Assembly: GCF_009914755.1 (NCBI RefSeq)
Contig: NC_060927.1
DNA: 64,000 nucleotides
Direction: 5' to 3' (one strand)
Source of the DNA: the human T2T-CHM13v2.0 reference genome, Homo sapiens
Below are positions 1 to 53,600 of this stretch, piece by piece; positions within the stretch are counted from its first letter, which is position 1, and the number at the start of each line of letters is the position of its first letter. Under the pieces are notes generated by a model, which saw only the letters and a list, made by a program, of their open reading frames with translations, was not told the origin of the DNA and searched no databases. The translations under genes and the position numbers were made by a program.

Positions 1-785
1 TCCAGTTAGAATCGCTATACGAAAAAGACAAAAACAAATGCAGAGGGTGAGGATGCAGAGAAAAGGGAATTCATACACTGTTGATAGGAATGTAAATTAG
101 TTCAACCATTATGGAAAACAGTGTGTAGATTTCTCAAAGAACTAAAACTACAACTACCATATGATCCAGCAATCCCACTACTACCCAAAGAACAGGAAAT
201 CAGTATGTCAAAGAGATACCTGTCCTCCCACAGTTACTGCAGCACTATTCACAGTGGCCAAGATACGGAGTTAACCTAAGTGTCCATCAAAAGAAGAATG
301 GATAAAGAAAATGTGGTACATATATGCAATGAAATACTATTCAATCATAAAAAAGAATAAAATTATGTCATTTGCAGCAACATGGATAGCACCGGAGGTC
401 ATTATCTTAAGTGAAATAAGCCAGGCACAGAAAGATAAATACTGCATGTTCTCACCAATATGTGAAAGAGAAATAAGTTGATCTCAGAGAAGTAGAGAAC
501 AGAATAGTGGTAACTAGTGGCTGAGAAGGGTAAAGGAGAGGATTATATATAGAGAGGTTGGTTAACACATATAAAATTACAGCTAGGTAGAAGGAATAAT
601 TTTTGGTGTTCTATATCACTGTAGGATGACTATGATTAACAATAATTTATTCCATATTTTCAAATAGCTAAAAGAGTGGATATTGAATTTTCCCAAAGCA
701 ATTATTACAGATTGTATACAGGTATCAAAATATCACACTGTACCCCATATATATGTACAATTATTATGTGTCAATTAAAAAATAC
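1..785 (+). mobile_element. Old LINE-1 3' end (ORF2 C-terminus and 3'UTR; L1M/L1PB-like)
   Basis: ccatatgatccagcaatcccact, gaatggataaagaaaatgtggtac, ccaggcacagaaagataaat; A-rich end. Confidence 0.85.
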
Positions 786-819
786 ATCCACAAATTTATT
801 GATACTTCATAAAAAAAGG

Positions 820-1290
820 AGTCATCTAATCCCCTCTCCTTAGACACTGATGGCCTTAGTAACTAAGTTCTAATGAATTGACTATGGCTTAAAGTGACAC
901 TGCATGACTTCCACTGTGAGTTTAGAAAAAGCATTATAGCTTTCAACCAGATTTTTCTTCTTCGGGATGCTCATCCTTGGAACCCAGTTAGCATATTGTG
1001 AGGAACCAAATAGTGCTGTGGAAAGATCATGAGAAGGTGTTCTAGCCACAGCTTTGGCTAAGGACTAGGCCAACACCAGTATCAGTCACCAGACATGTGA
1101 GAGAAGGGGTCTTCAGATGATTCCAGCCCCAATCTTTTAGCTGCCCCAGCTGATGTGAAGTGGATAGTGGAACAGAGACAATCTGTTCCCATGAAGCTCT
1201 GCATAAATTACAGATTTGTAAGTAAAGTAAGGGTTGTAATTGTTTTAAACCATTGCATTTTGCAGATGGTTAAACAGCAATAGATAAAAG
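820..1290 (+). mobile_element. MaLR LTR (MLT1-like)
   Basis: ccagacatgtgag...cttcagatgattccagcccc...gttttaaacca...cagcaatagataa pattern. Confidence 0.6.
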
Positions 1291-1399
1291 GAACAGGAAA
1301 AAAGAGTGCTGAATATTGGACAGTAGTTCAGAGCATATACTGCATCCTACAGGACAGTATCAAAAAGGGTTATCTCCCAGAAGGCACCATAGCTAAGTC

Positions 1400-2100
1400 T
1401 TCAATATATCTTCAATAAGACAAGATACTTCTCAGTGATTGAGTACACAATTAGACCAATAAATTCCATGGGCAATAGCCCATTGCATTACTTCTTTCAT
1501 TGCAGAGTGAATTTCTTGGTCAAAAGCAATATAGTGTTAGAGAAAATGATAGTGTCTAAAGCACTGAGTAATTCCCTAGATGGTGGTGTCAGCGGAAGTA
1601 CAGTGAGCAGGGAAAGCAAATCTCAATCTAGAATAAACATATTTTAGAGAGGACAAATAAGAACTCCCTCAATGATGGGGAGGGCCAATGACCAATGGAA
1701 TAGACTTGCCTACATGTGACTGGCTGACCCTCCCAGAGCATGGGGTATTGGTCACTGCTTCTGAACACCCAGCGGTGGCTTGGTGATCCCATGCATAGCT
1801 CCAATCCTGTTGCCATTGCCATTGCCATTTATTTCATGATTCTACTGAGCAGGCAGTGAGGCTGAGTTTCATCACAAAGCAGTTCATTTCATCCATATGA
1901 TTCTTAAGATTTATTCTGAGAGGTCCATCACTATATCCCTTCTGGAGTCTTCCTTGTCACTAGTTCTCCAGTCTTGCTCTTTCCATGTCCTTCACAAACT
2001 GGCCAAAAAATTATCCTCTGACCCTGAATTGACCATTTCTCCTTTCAGCCAAACTGAACATCAAAACATACTGGTGAAAATTCTGCCCACTGAAAGAACT
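1400..2100 (-). mobile_element. Degenerate ERVL/MaLR internal fragment
   Basis: Resemblance by eye to ERVL internal sequence; no intact ORF. Confidence 0.35.
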
Positions 2101-2269
2101 TCACTATTTCAATATTTTTCAGGTCCAAAGCAGGACTACAACATATCAATTTCTAGCAAGTACCAGTATATTGTCCAGAGCAACATACCTGTATTGTATT
2201 TTGCACATCATAGGTGCTCAATAGACACTTAAGCAATTTTTAAAATACAGACATATTATTTCCCTACCT

Positions 2270-2650
2270 GTATTTCAACAGCTTCCCATTGGTCTAAAAG
2301 ATCCTGCTGGGTATGGCCTCTGCATACTCCTTTCACTTCTCTGTACTCTAAGCCTTGACTCTCAGTTCCTGTAATGTTCCATGCTCTCTCCTGCTACAAG
2401 ACCTTTGCTCAGACTGTTCCCTCTCCTTGCCTAGTTAACTCTTGACTCAAGATACTTCCTGTCTTACAATCATCTTTCTTCATAGTACTTATCTCTGTAT
2501 TAATTCCTGTCTCATCCTGGGACTCTAAGTTCTATGACTATGTGCACTCACCACTGATTCCCCAACACCTAATATAGTGCCTGGCATATATGATATGCTA
2601 AATAATATTTTGTTAAATGAATGAATACATGAATCAGTGAATGAATAAGC
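2270..2650 (+). mobile_element. L2 3' end
   Basis: tagtgcctggcata...atatttttgttaaatgaatgaat tail. Confidence 0.65.
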
Positions 2651-2799
2651 CTGTAATGATGCAGTAATTTACCTATAAGTTATCACTGCCAGTTTTGCTT
2701 AAGAAGCTTTCTGCCATCACAATTTTTACTCATCTAATTCACATTTCTTTATTAATTTAAGAAGTATTTGTCAAGACAACTTTTCTAAGCATTACTTAT

Positions 2800-3100
2800 A
2801 TACTAGCACTATGCAACAGAAATTTGTGACCACATATGTAATTTTAAATATTCTAATATCCATGACAAAATTAATAAATTTTATTTAGCCTAATATACCC
2901 CCAAACATCATTTCAACATGAAATCAATACAAAAAATTATTAATGAGATATTTTACATTCTTTTCTTCAAACTAGTCTTTGAAATTTGGGGGTAGTTTAC
3001 AATTACATATCTCAACTGGAACTAGCTATATTTCAAGTGCTCAAGAGCCACAAATGACTAGCAGATACATCATATGCTATATCCCACAGTGTAGTTCTAT
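2800..3100. mobile_element. hAT-Charlie MITE (MER33/MER3-like)
   Basis: tttcaagtgctcaagagccacaaatgactag and taatgagatattttacattct motifs. Confidence 0.6.
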
Positions 3101-3282
3101 AGGATTCACTTTCACTAGAGAGGGTCTGATCACCCTCAGCTCTTATAATTAGTGGTCAGGAAAACCACCTTAAGTCAAACCTAACTGTTCCAGTATAAGA
3201 GATGATTTAAACTAGAATTGTCTCTGGGAACAATTTTAGCTGGTGTACCGTTTTCGCCTTCCTATAACATCTTTTTGTCTTG

Positions 3283-3632
3283 TTTTTTTTTTTTAAACTT
3301 TTAAGTTCAGGGGTACAAGTGCAGGTTTGTTATATAGGTAAACTTGTGTCACGGGTGTTTGTTGTACAGGCTATTTTGTCACCCAGGTATTAAGCCTAGT
3401 ACCCATTAGTTATTTTTCCTGATCCTCGCCCTCCTCCCACCCTCCACCCTCCGAAAGGCCCCAGTGTGTGTTGTCCCCCTCTTTTGTGTCCATGTGTTCT
3501 CATCATTTAGCTCCCACTTATAAGTGAGAACGTGCGGTATTTGGTTTTCTGTTCCTTTGTTAGTTTGCTTAAGGATAAGGGCCTCCAGCTCCATCATGTC
3601 CCTACAAAGGACATGATCTCGTTCTTTTATGG
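3283..3632 (-). mobile_element. L1PA 3' end, 5'-truncated
   Basis: poly-T then aagttcaggggtacaagtgcaggtttgtta...ctcccacttataagtgagaac. Confidence 0.9.
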
Positions 3633-4022
3633 CCCCACTTTTTATCCTTTTAATTTAAACGGATTCTTTGCTCCCCCTGAAGATGGAGGCCACCTCCTTT
3701 GCAAGGACTTCTATCTCTCCCCCTTTGAGGCCACGACATAATTCTCCGCATTTTTAGGTACTTAACAGTAAATCACTTGGTTCACTTGGTTCTCCTGCCT
3801 GCCTAGGAAAGGTCAGGAGATGGTCCAGCGCCATGTCTAGCACTGTTAATTCTTTCAGTGCTTTCGTTTTGCTTGGGCCTCTCGGGGAGGGCGCGGAAAA
3901 GAGCGCAAGCCAGGGTCTAGGACCACACAAGTGAATTCGTGTTGCTCCCTCAGCCCTGAAAAGTGGCTCTCTCCCCATCAGCATTATACTTGCACAGTGG
4001 TTTTGTTTTTAGGTGCATCTAC

Positions 4023-4106
4023 CTCATCACATGGCTACCGGCCACACAGCAACTAACAGCACCGAGGAAACACAACAGCCTGTTTACCTTCAGCCCCGCC
4101 ACTAAC
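4023..4106 (-). other. SCN11A: Probable non-coding first exon of a divergent transcript (SCN11A far-upstream 5'UTR exon, from recollection of the locus)
   Basis: Minus-strand donor-like sites GAG|gtagat (exon end 4023) and AAG|gtaaac (about 4088) next to the CpG island. The assignment rests on remembered synteny, not on coding sequence in this window. Confidence 0.4.
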
Positions 4107-4187
4107 CCTTGGCCAAAGGGAAAGGGGCAGGACATCCTCCCGCTCTGAGCCACCTCCGGAAGTGACGTCGGAGTGTCAACATGCAAG

Positions 4188-46907
<42,720 letters not shown>

Positions 46908-48830
46908 AGGCTGGGCTAATGCTCCTGGATATTCATTTACGACCTTCCTCTATGGCCCCAAGAGTAGTCCTAGGAAGCCCACTGATCCCCAACGGGAGCA
47001 AGACTTCTAACGGCTGATTGGTATGGACCGAGATTATCTTTCAATTGAAGTGACTAATCGAGATGTAATATAGAAACCAGTCTCCATGTGTAGATTAAGC
47101 TGTCCCCAGGGAAGCAGAGTGCAAGAGCAGAAGAGCCCCAAGCAGACTATGTCTTTCAAGATGTACAGAAGACTGACAACAGGCCAGTGCAGACTTTGCT
47201 TCCTCCTTTTGTTTCAAAGGACCTTATCTACCCATTAACACTTGTTAGAGACACCTCAGTCGGGCCACAACTGTCTCTGTTTCAACTTTAAGCCCACACA
47301 CTCTGTAGCTTTTCTAAAACAGTACATTCCATTCATGCAGTAGATATGAAGGCTTTTTCCAAGTTTGTCATATAAAGTAATCAAATTGTTTTCACCGTTT
47401 AAGACAGTTATTTTTAATGGGAATTTGCTGTTGCACAATTTGAGAACCAGCCCATTTCATAATAAAAGATTAATGTTGGGCTTGTTGTTAATATTGCATC
47501 TCAGATGTGTTCTTGTAGGAAGATCTGTTGAAATTCCAGGTGCTGGATCATAGCACTTGGACTGTTGGGCCGGAGTTTGTGCAGCCCATGCCTAGCGATG
47601 CTGCACCTCCCATGATGTCCTGGCTTTGTGGCAACCCCAGGGAGGTGCAGCAGTTTCACTCCTTCCTCCACTGTGTCCAGTTTTATTTACACAAAGCGAG
47701 CTGAGACCACAGGTTCTTGCTCTGGATGAGCAGCATGACACCATCAAAATTTAAGACCATGATGAAATTTCAGTTTCATTCAAATGTTACCTAAAATTTA
47801 TGGTGTCAGAATAAAGGGAGATCATAGTGAGTTAATTTGATATTCATATCCTGGAAGTATACATATTTGTTTTTCCAAAGTTTTATATGCAGGTTTTTGT
47901 TGTACCTGTATCCAGATCTTCTTTTCACTGTTCTAACAATCTAACACTTTCATAGAATCATTTGGATCTTGTATAGAGTGTAACTTATTGGGGATAAACA
48001 CTTCAACTTTTGGCAGAAAATACTTTGGATTCTCCCCAAGGTCATTTGTATTCAGAGTAAATCAGTGGTCCACCCCCATAAAACTGTAAGACAAGCCTCC
48101 TGTATGAAGCCAGAAGCACAAGTGCCTTCAGAGGGCAGTTGATTCCAGTCCAGTTGCCTCCCTAGCTTGTGTGTGGCCTGCCTCCACCATAGCAGGGACT
48201 AGGGAGGGAGGCAGGGAACGTTTTTTCTTTTCTACATCTTCACAGGTTCGGCTGGGGGCAGCTGATAGGCCTAAGGCCATACCTTACTATTTAAGATACT
48301 CTGATCGCACAACTGCAGAGACAGGGTTCCCTCACTGCTAGTCAGCTTCTTTTGGAAACTGGACAGGCCATTGCCACCTGCACTTTGAAGAAGTGAGCAA
48401 AGACGTGGCCACATTTCTAATAAGTTGAAATGGTCTTTCTCCCTTCCTCAGAGAGCAACCAGCTTCTTTTTTTTTAAAAGTCCTTTCTATCTGTTGGATA
48501 CAACAGTGTGCTTTTGGTGCACATTTTTTAGCAATAGTTGTGAATTAATGGCAAAGAAAAAAAAAATTATTTACCAGCCCTCAGTTGTGTTTGCCCGAGG
48601 GGCCTTTGAGCAAAGAAATGGGTTTTGCTGGGTCATTTTGCCCTGTGTGCTAAGCCTTGGGTGGCTGCATTCCCCTCCTGTCATAGATCTGACCCCCAGC
48701 ATGATTGTATTTCTTTCCCCTCCAGTCAAACCGTAATACAGTTTCCAGAAAATTCGACAGTCTGCAATGCCAAAAGGGTAAAAATCTGTATTTCACAGTT
48801 GTATAGAATAAAGGCTTTAGTTAAAATATT
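46908..48830 (+). other. WDR48: WDR48 3' UTR (about 1.9 kb) with alternative poly(A) signals
   Basis: Repeat-free sequence after the stop; AATAAA at 47461, about 47810 and 48807. Confidence 0.75.
48807..48812 (+). terminator. WDR48 distal polyadenylation signal AATAAA
   Basis: AATAAA with upstream TGTA motifs and a T-rich tract about 35-60 nt downstream. Confidence 0.75.
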
Positions 48831-48847
48831 TCAAAGTGTAGTACACA

Positions 48848-48853
48848 TTTATT
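48848..48853 (-). terminator. GORASP1 distal polyadenylation signal (AATAAA on - strand)
   Basis: TTTATT on the + strand. Confidence 0.6.
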
Positions 48854-49696
48854 TTCATTTGTTATTTTCTTTCATAGCAGATTACAGAGAAAGAAAGAAA
48901 CCTCTGGTTTCATGTTCTCCCTGGAAATATTAGCATTGATACCCATTTTATCCTCCAACTTATGGGGGAAGGGAAAGTAAAAGTGAGGGAGGGAAGAGCC
49001 AGAACCTTTGGGTGAGGGCAACTTTGGGTCAGACTGCCAGGCTACAGAGTTAAGGGAAGCTGGCCCCAGAACAGTCCTGTGGCGATTCTGTTCTACTTCC
49101 TGCATTCCAGCAGACTTGACACTGGGCTCCCAGACGATCCAGGACACAATGCCTCACTGTTATGCACACGTATCAGCTGCTCTGGTAGGCTTGACAAGGG
49201 TTTGCTTTAAATGAAGGGTTTGCTAATTTGGGACCCTCCCTCCATATAGTTGGCCTGTGCCCCCCAGAGCAGACATTCCTTGTCCTGCATACCTGACACA
49301 GCTTGTGAGTTCCCTGCATGTACACCAGCATTACAAATGATCCTGTAAAGGTGAGACTTTCAACTAGGCACAAGCTAGAAGACGAGGCCAGAGCAGCTTT
49401 CATAGTAATTAGCAGTGTGGGAACTGAGGGTCCAGTCAACACAGCAGAGGACTTCAGGTGATGAGGGGCCGTCCCCAGGTGGAGTGCAGGGCCTAACCTA
49501 GCCTTAACCTCCAAAGGCACCTGGGGTGGGGAGAACAGCTTCCTCCCCTACAACAGGAAAGAACAAAAGGGTCTTTACCTACTCTTAATCTAATCCCCTA
49601 ATTCCCCCTTGGGGTTGGGAACCGTGCGTGGATAGACCTAGTCAGGTAGACTGGCTTTGAGAAATTGCTTAGGGTGTTGAACTTAAATTTGTGACT

Positions 49697-49702
49697 TTTA
49701 TT
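49697..49702 (-). terminator. GORASP1 proximal polyadenylation signal (AATAAA on - strand)
   Basis: TTTATT on the + strand, about 700 nt after the GORASP1 stop. Confidence 0.55.
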
Positions 49703-50399
49703 CACTATTGGGGCTGGGTAGATGCCTTGTATATTTAGAAGAGATCACTGTTTAAGTTTGGGAGCTAACAGGAGTTGCCACTGGGGATACAGGTCTGTGG
49801 CATGTAGTCCCTGAGGAAGAAGAAATATTGTGGTCTGGGCACAAATGGGTCTCTGCTGAAGGGCCTAGAATTTCCAACGCACCTCCCTCCAGGAGATGGG
49901 GGCAAGTACACTGCCTCTCTCTCCCTCCTGTGACTAGCATGGTGATCAGCCTGAGCCAAGTGTAGCATTGTAGCCTAGGGACAAGGACACATGACAGAGG
50001 ACTCAGTGTTTGGGACTTGAAAGGGGGTGGTCCCAGGGCTCCAGGGTCCCTTCCAGTACAGATGGGGTGGGCTGAGCTGTGCAGGAAGAATCAAAGCGAC
50101 CAGGCCAACACTGGACAGCAACCCCTTCCTTCCTCACCTCATCTTCACACTGGATTATGACCAGACCCTGCTGCCTCCTGGGAAGCCCCAGTGACCAGAG
50201 CAGGACCAAGCACTGGACCTGAGGGTACACGGCCAAAAGATATCCTCCCACAAGGCCCATGGCCCCCTCTCACCACCCACTGAGGCCTCATGTCCCACCA
50301 AAGCAGCAAGGAATCCTGACCGCATAGTGCAGCCCGGGCTGCCTGCCCACATCTGGGCCTCATGAAATGTCATCATGGGCCTTGTCACAGCCCAGGGTG

Positions 50400-50653
50400 T
50401 TATTCTGTGGTAGAGATCTGGGCCTGGCTGTCCAGCCCCTCAGCCTCCGTCCCAGTATCTAGGCCCTCTGTGCTTGCTGGTTCCTCCTCAGCCTGAGCTT
50501 CAAGCAGCTCGGCGGACAGCCCATCTTCTGGTGAGGCTGCAGAGGTGAGACTGTCAGGAAGAGTCAGCTGAGGCAGGTGGTCCGCCTGGGCTTGGGCACC
50601 TGGGCTGTCCAGGAAGGAGACCTCAAACTCTGACCCAGACCATGTAGCCTCAC
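50400..50653 (-). CDS. GORASP1: GORASP1 exon 9 coding part (GEATWSG...ISTTE*)
   Basis: cag|GT; TAA at 50402-50400. Confidence 0.95.
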
Positions 50654-53600
50654 CTGCAACACAGAAGATCAGGCTGAGGAGGTCTGCAAGAACCTAGGGC
50701 CATGGTGTTAGGGCCAGTAACCCCACCGACCGCTCCCCATTGCCACTCCAGGTTTGATGGGGGATTGGAGATGGAGTGTACAAATGCCTTGGTGTGGCTG
50801 TATCAACCCGATGGCCCACTTCTGCCCAGCTGAGGAATTGAGGGCAGCCTTCCCAACAACCCGGGGTCCTTCCCAGAGGACTTCGGAAGGTGATGGCCAC
50901 TCACCACCCCGCTCATGAGAACTGCTGCTGGAGCAGATGTCCTCTGGCCCTGAGGTTGAGACAGCTGTGGTGGTCAGTTCTGTGGAAGAGGGCAGGCTGG
51001 GCCACACACTGGCATTGCTGTTGTCCAAGAGAGAAATTCCCGACACGTCCAGGAAGCCTAGGGGAGGGTGGTGCAGTTCTTTGCCAGCAAGAAACCCTGA
51101 CTGCTGGAAAGCAGCACCCTGGGCTCACCTTGCCTAGGGCATCTGGCCCAGCCTGTGAGACTGTAATCTCCTCAGCCCCTGGTGATACCCCTCACCCAAC
51201 CTCAAAGAGGTTCCCACACTGCCTGTTTCTGAGGAAAGAAAGGGGCCTGGAGTTGGTCATCATGTGAATAGCACAGTGGCAGTAGGCATAGACTCTGCTC
51301 TGTGTCCAATTTGCTGTGTGACCTGAAGGAGGCTACCTCTCTTCTCTGGACTACAGACTCCCCATCTGTATACTAGATTGGATGATATGCAACTATTAAA
51401 TATCTTGGTATACATGAGATATGAGGGGTCAGCAAGGCCTGGGGAAAGTTTTGACATAGCTGCCAAAGTCCAGCCCCAAGCCTGGGGCCCACTCCTCTCC
51501 AGGGCCTGCCCAGTACCTGGGTCCATAACTCGCTGCACTGGAGGTGGGGGCTGAAGAGGAGTCTCCATGAAATGGGGAAGTCCATCAGGGTCTGGAGCAC
51601 TGTGGCTGGGACTCCCAGGCCCAGGAAGGGGATCCTCCATGGAGGAGCCAGGTGCCTGCAGCAGGGCCTAGGAAAGAAGAAGAAATGGGTAGGGGACAAT
51701 CAGGACAGTGCCTCAAGGTGAAGAATTTTGCAGTCCAACCTAACCACCAGTCCCCACTTGTCCCAGGAACACTGCTCTGCCTAAAGGAAGGAAATGGCCT
51801 TAATAAACCACCCCTTCTTCTATTGGTGATAGGAAGTCAGGCCTGAGGGGCCTGGCCTGGCCTCCCTGCAGTGTTGGCACTGAGAGGGAGCACTCTTTGC
51901 ACTCAGACAAGGAATCCCAGGTGCCCACCTGGCCCCAACACATTCCCTTTGCCCCATCAATGACTCATTAGAAGAGAGGGGCTTCCTTGAATTCAGGCAT
52001 ACCTGGAGAACATCCTTGAATACTCCCTGGCCTAGACCCAAGGCACCAGCCCAGTGCCCAAAGGTGCTCTCAGAGGACCCACTCATCAGCTGTGAAGGCA
52101 GGGCCAGCACTTCCCTGCAGACTTGGCTAGACAACCATCCCAACTGTGGCTCTGAAGGCCTAGCCCTTTGTCCAGTTTTGCCACAACTCACAGGCACAGC
52201 AAGCACCCATCTCTGAGCCTCAGTTTCCCACTCATGAAATGAAGATGACAACTGGTGCTTCACCTCCACCCTCACTTCTAGACCCAAGGGGCAGGAAAGC
52301 CAAAAGTGAGTTTCACTGCTCCAGGCATGGCCTGCCTGCTCCCACTGGGTCCCAGAAGTACATGGGCCTCTCAGATCACAAAGGCCCCTGGTGAGGGTTG
52401 CTGATGGCTCCCCAAGGGCAGCCTCTAGAGTTTTCTGTCTTCCCAGTTGGCAGATTCTCCCCACATACCTCCATGTAGTCACTCTGCCTGGAACCTGTCT
52501 CCAGGGAAGGAGAGTCCTCGGGGGTGGGTCCAGGTGGTAGAGCATCAGGTGGTGGGGCACCAAGTGGTAGAGCAGAAGGTGGTGGGGTGCCAGGTGGCTT
52601 CTTGTGGTAGCTGGGGGGCTGAGTTGGGATCCGGTGTAGATACCCATAGCCAATGCCACATCCCAGACTGCCGAAGGCCAGAAACATTCAATCCAGGGGC
52701 TTGTCCCACGGCCCTCCCTACCTTTGCTATCCCCACCTACTACCAGCAATAAGGGGGCTGAAAAGGGTACTTCTGAAATACCGGTCAGCCTCAGGATCCC
52801 TGGGCCCAGGGCCCAACCCTCCTCCATCTCCACCATAGAACTCTGAGGTCCATGCCCAATGGTCAGGCCCCACCCACCTGGCCCTGCAGCCCTCCAACCC
52901 CACGAAGTACCTGCCCTCTCCACCCCAGGCTGCGTTGGGAGTTACAGTCACCTCCCGGCAGGAGTCTGACTTGGAGTTATACACCATCAGCTTCAAGGGC
53001 TTCCCCTCATGAGACTCGATGAGCGTAAAGAAGTCCTCGGACTGTGAGAAACGCATAGCACCTGAGGCCTGCTTCCAGGGCTAAAGCCTCAACAAAACCA
53101 GACACTTCTCATGGACAGCACCCTTCTCTTCACACCACATCCAGAGGGTCTGGGGAGGGGCAAATTGCGGGTTCCTCACCTCCTGGAGAATCTGGTCCGA
53201 ACCAACCACATAGTCTGTGTAGGGGCGCAGGCCGGCAAGGGCAGCAGGTGAAGATGGTTCCACATCCTGGGGAAAGAACCGCAAACCACTGGCCATGCTA
53301 CTAGAGGTGGGGTTGGGGGATGGGAAAGGGCAGGGGGAACTGCCTCTTGAGGTAGTGAGTGGGACACTTGTCCTCTATCCCTAAGCAGGGCTTCAAGCCC
53401 ATACTCCCTCATTTCACCCCTCCATTCCCCTATCTCCCCCAGGTCTACAGCCTGTCCAGCAGAGGGCAGTACCATGATAAGGCTCAGCACCAGGCTCTGG
53501 AATCTGACCCCGGGCTCAACCCCTGGCTCCAGCTGCCCAGCTATATGACTATAAACACATTATTGAACCTCTCCTAGCCTCAGTTTCCCCACAATTAAAA

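Noticed and set aside
52668-52910. GORASP1 intron 5 length (243 nt) is a multiple of three
   Set aside because: The retained intron hits an in-frame stop at about 52727, so it does not give an in-frame insert.
51820-52923. 367-aa minus-strand ORF, the longest in the track
   Set aside because: It starts at GTG and runs through GORASP1 intron 5, exon 6 in a shifted frame, and intron 6. It has no recognisable domain and is explained by GC-rich, stop-poor sequence.
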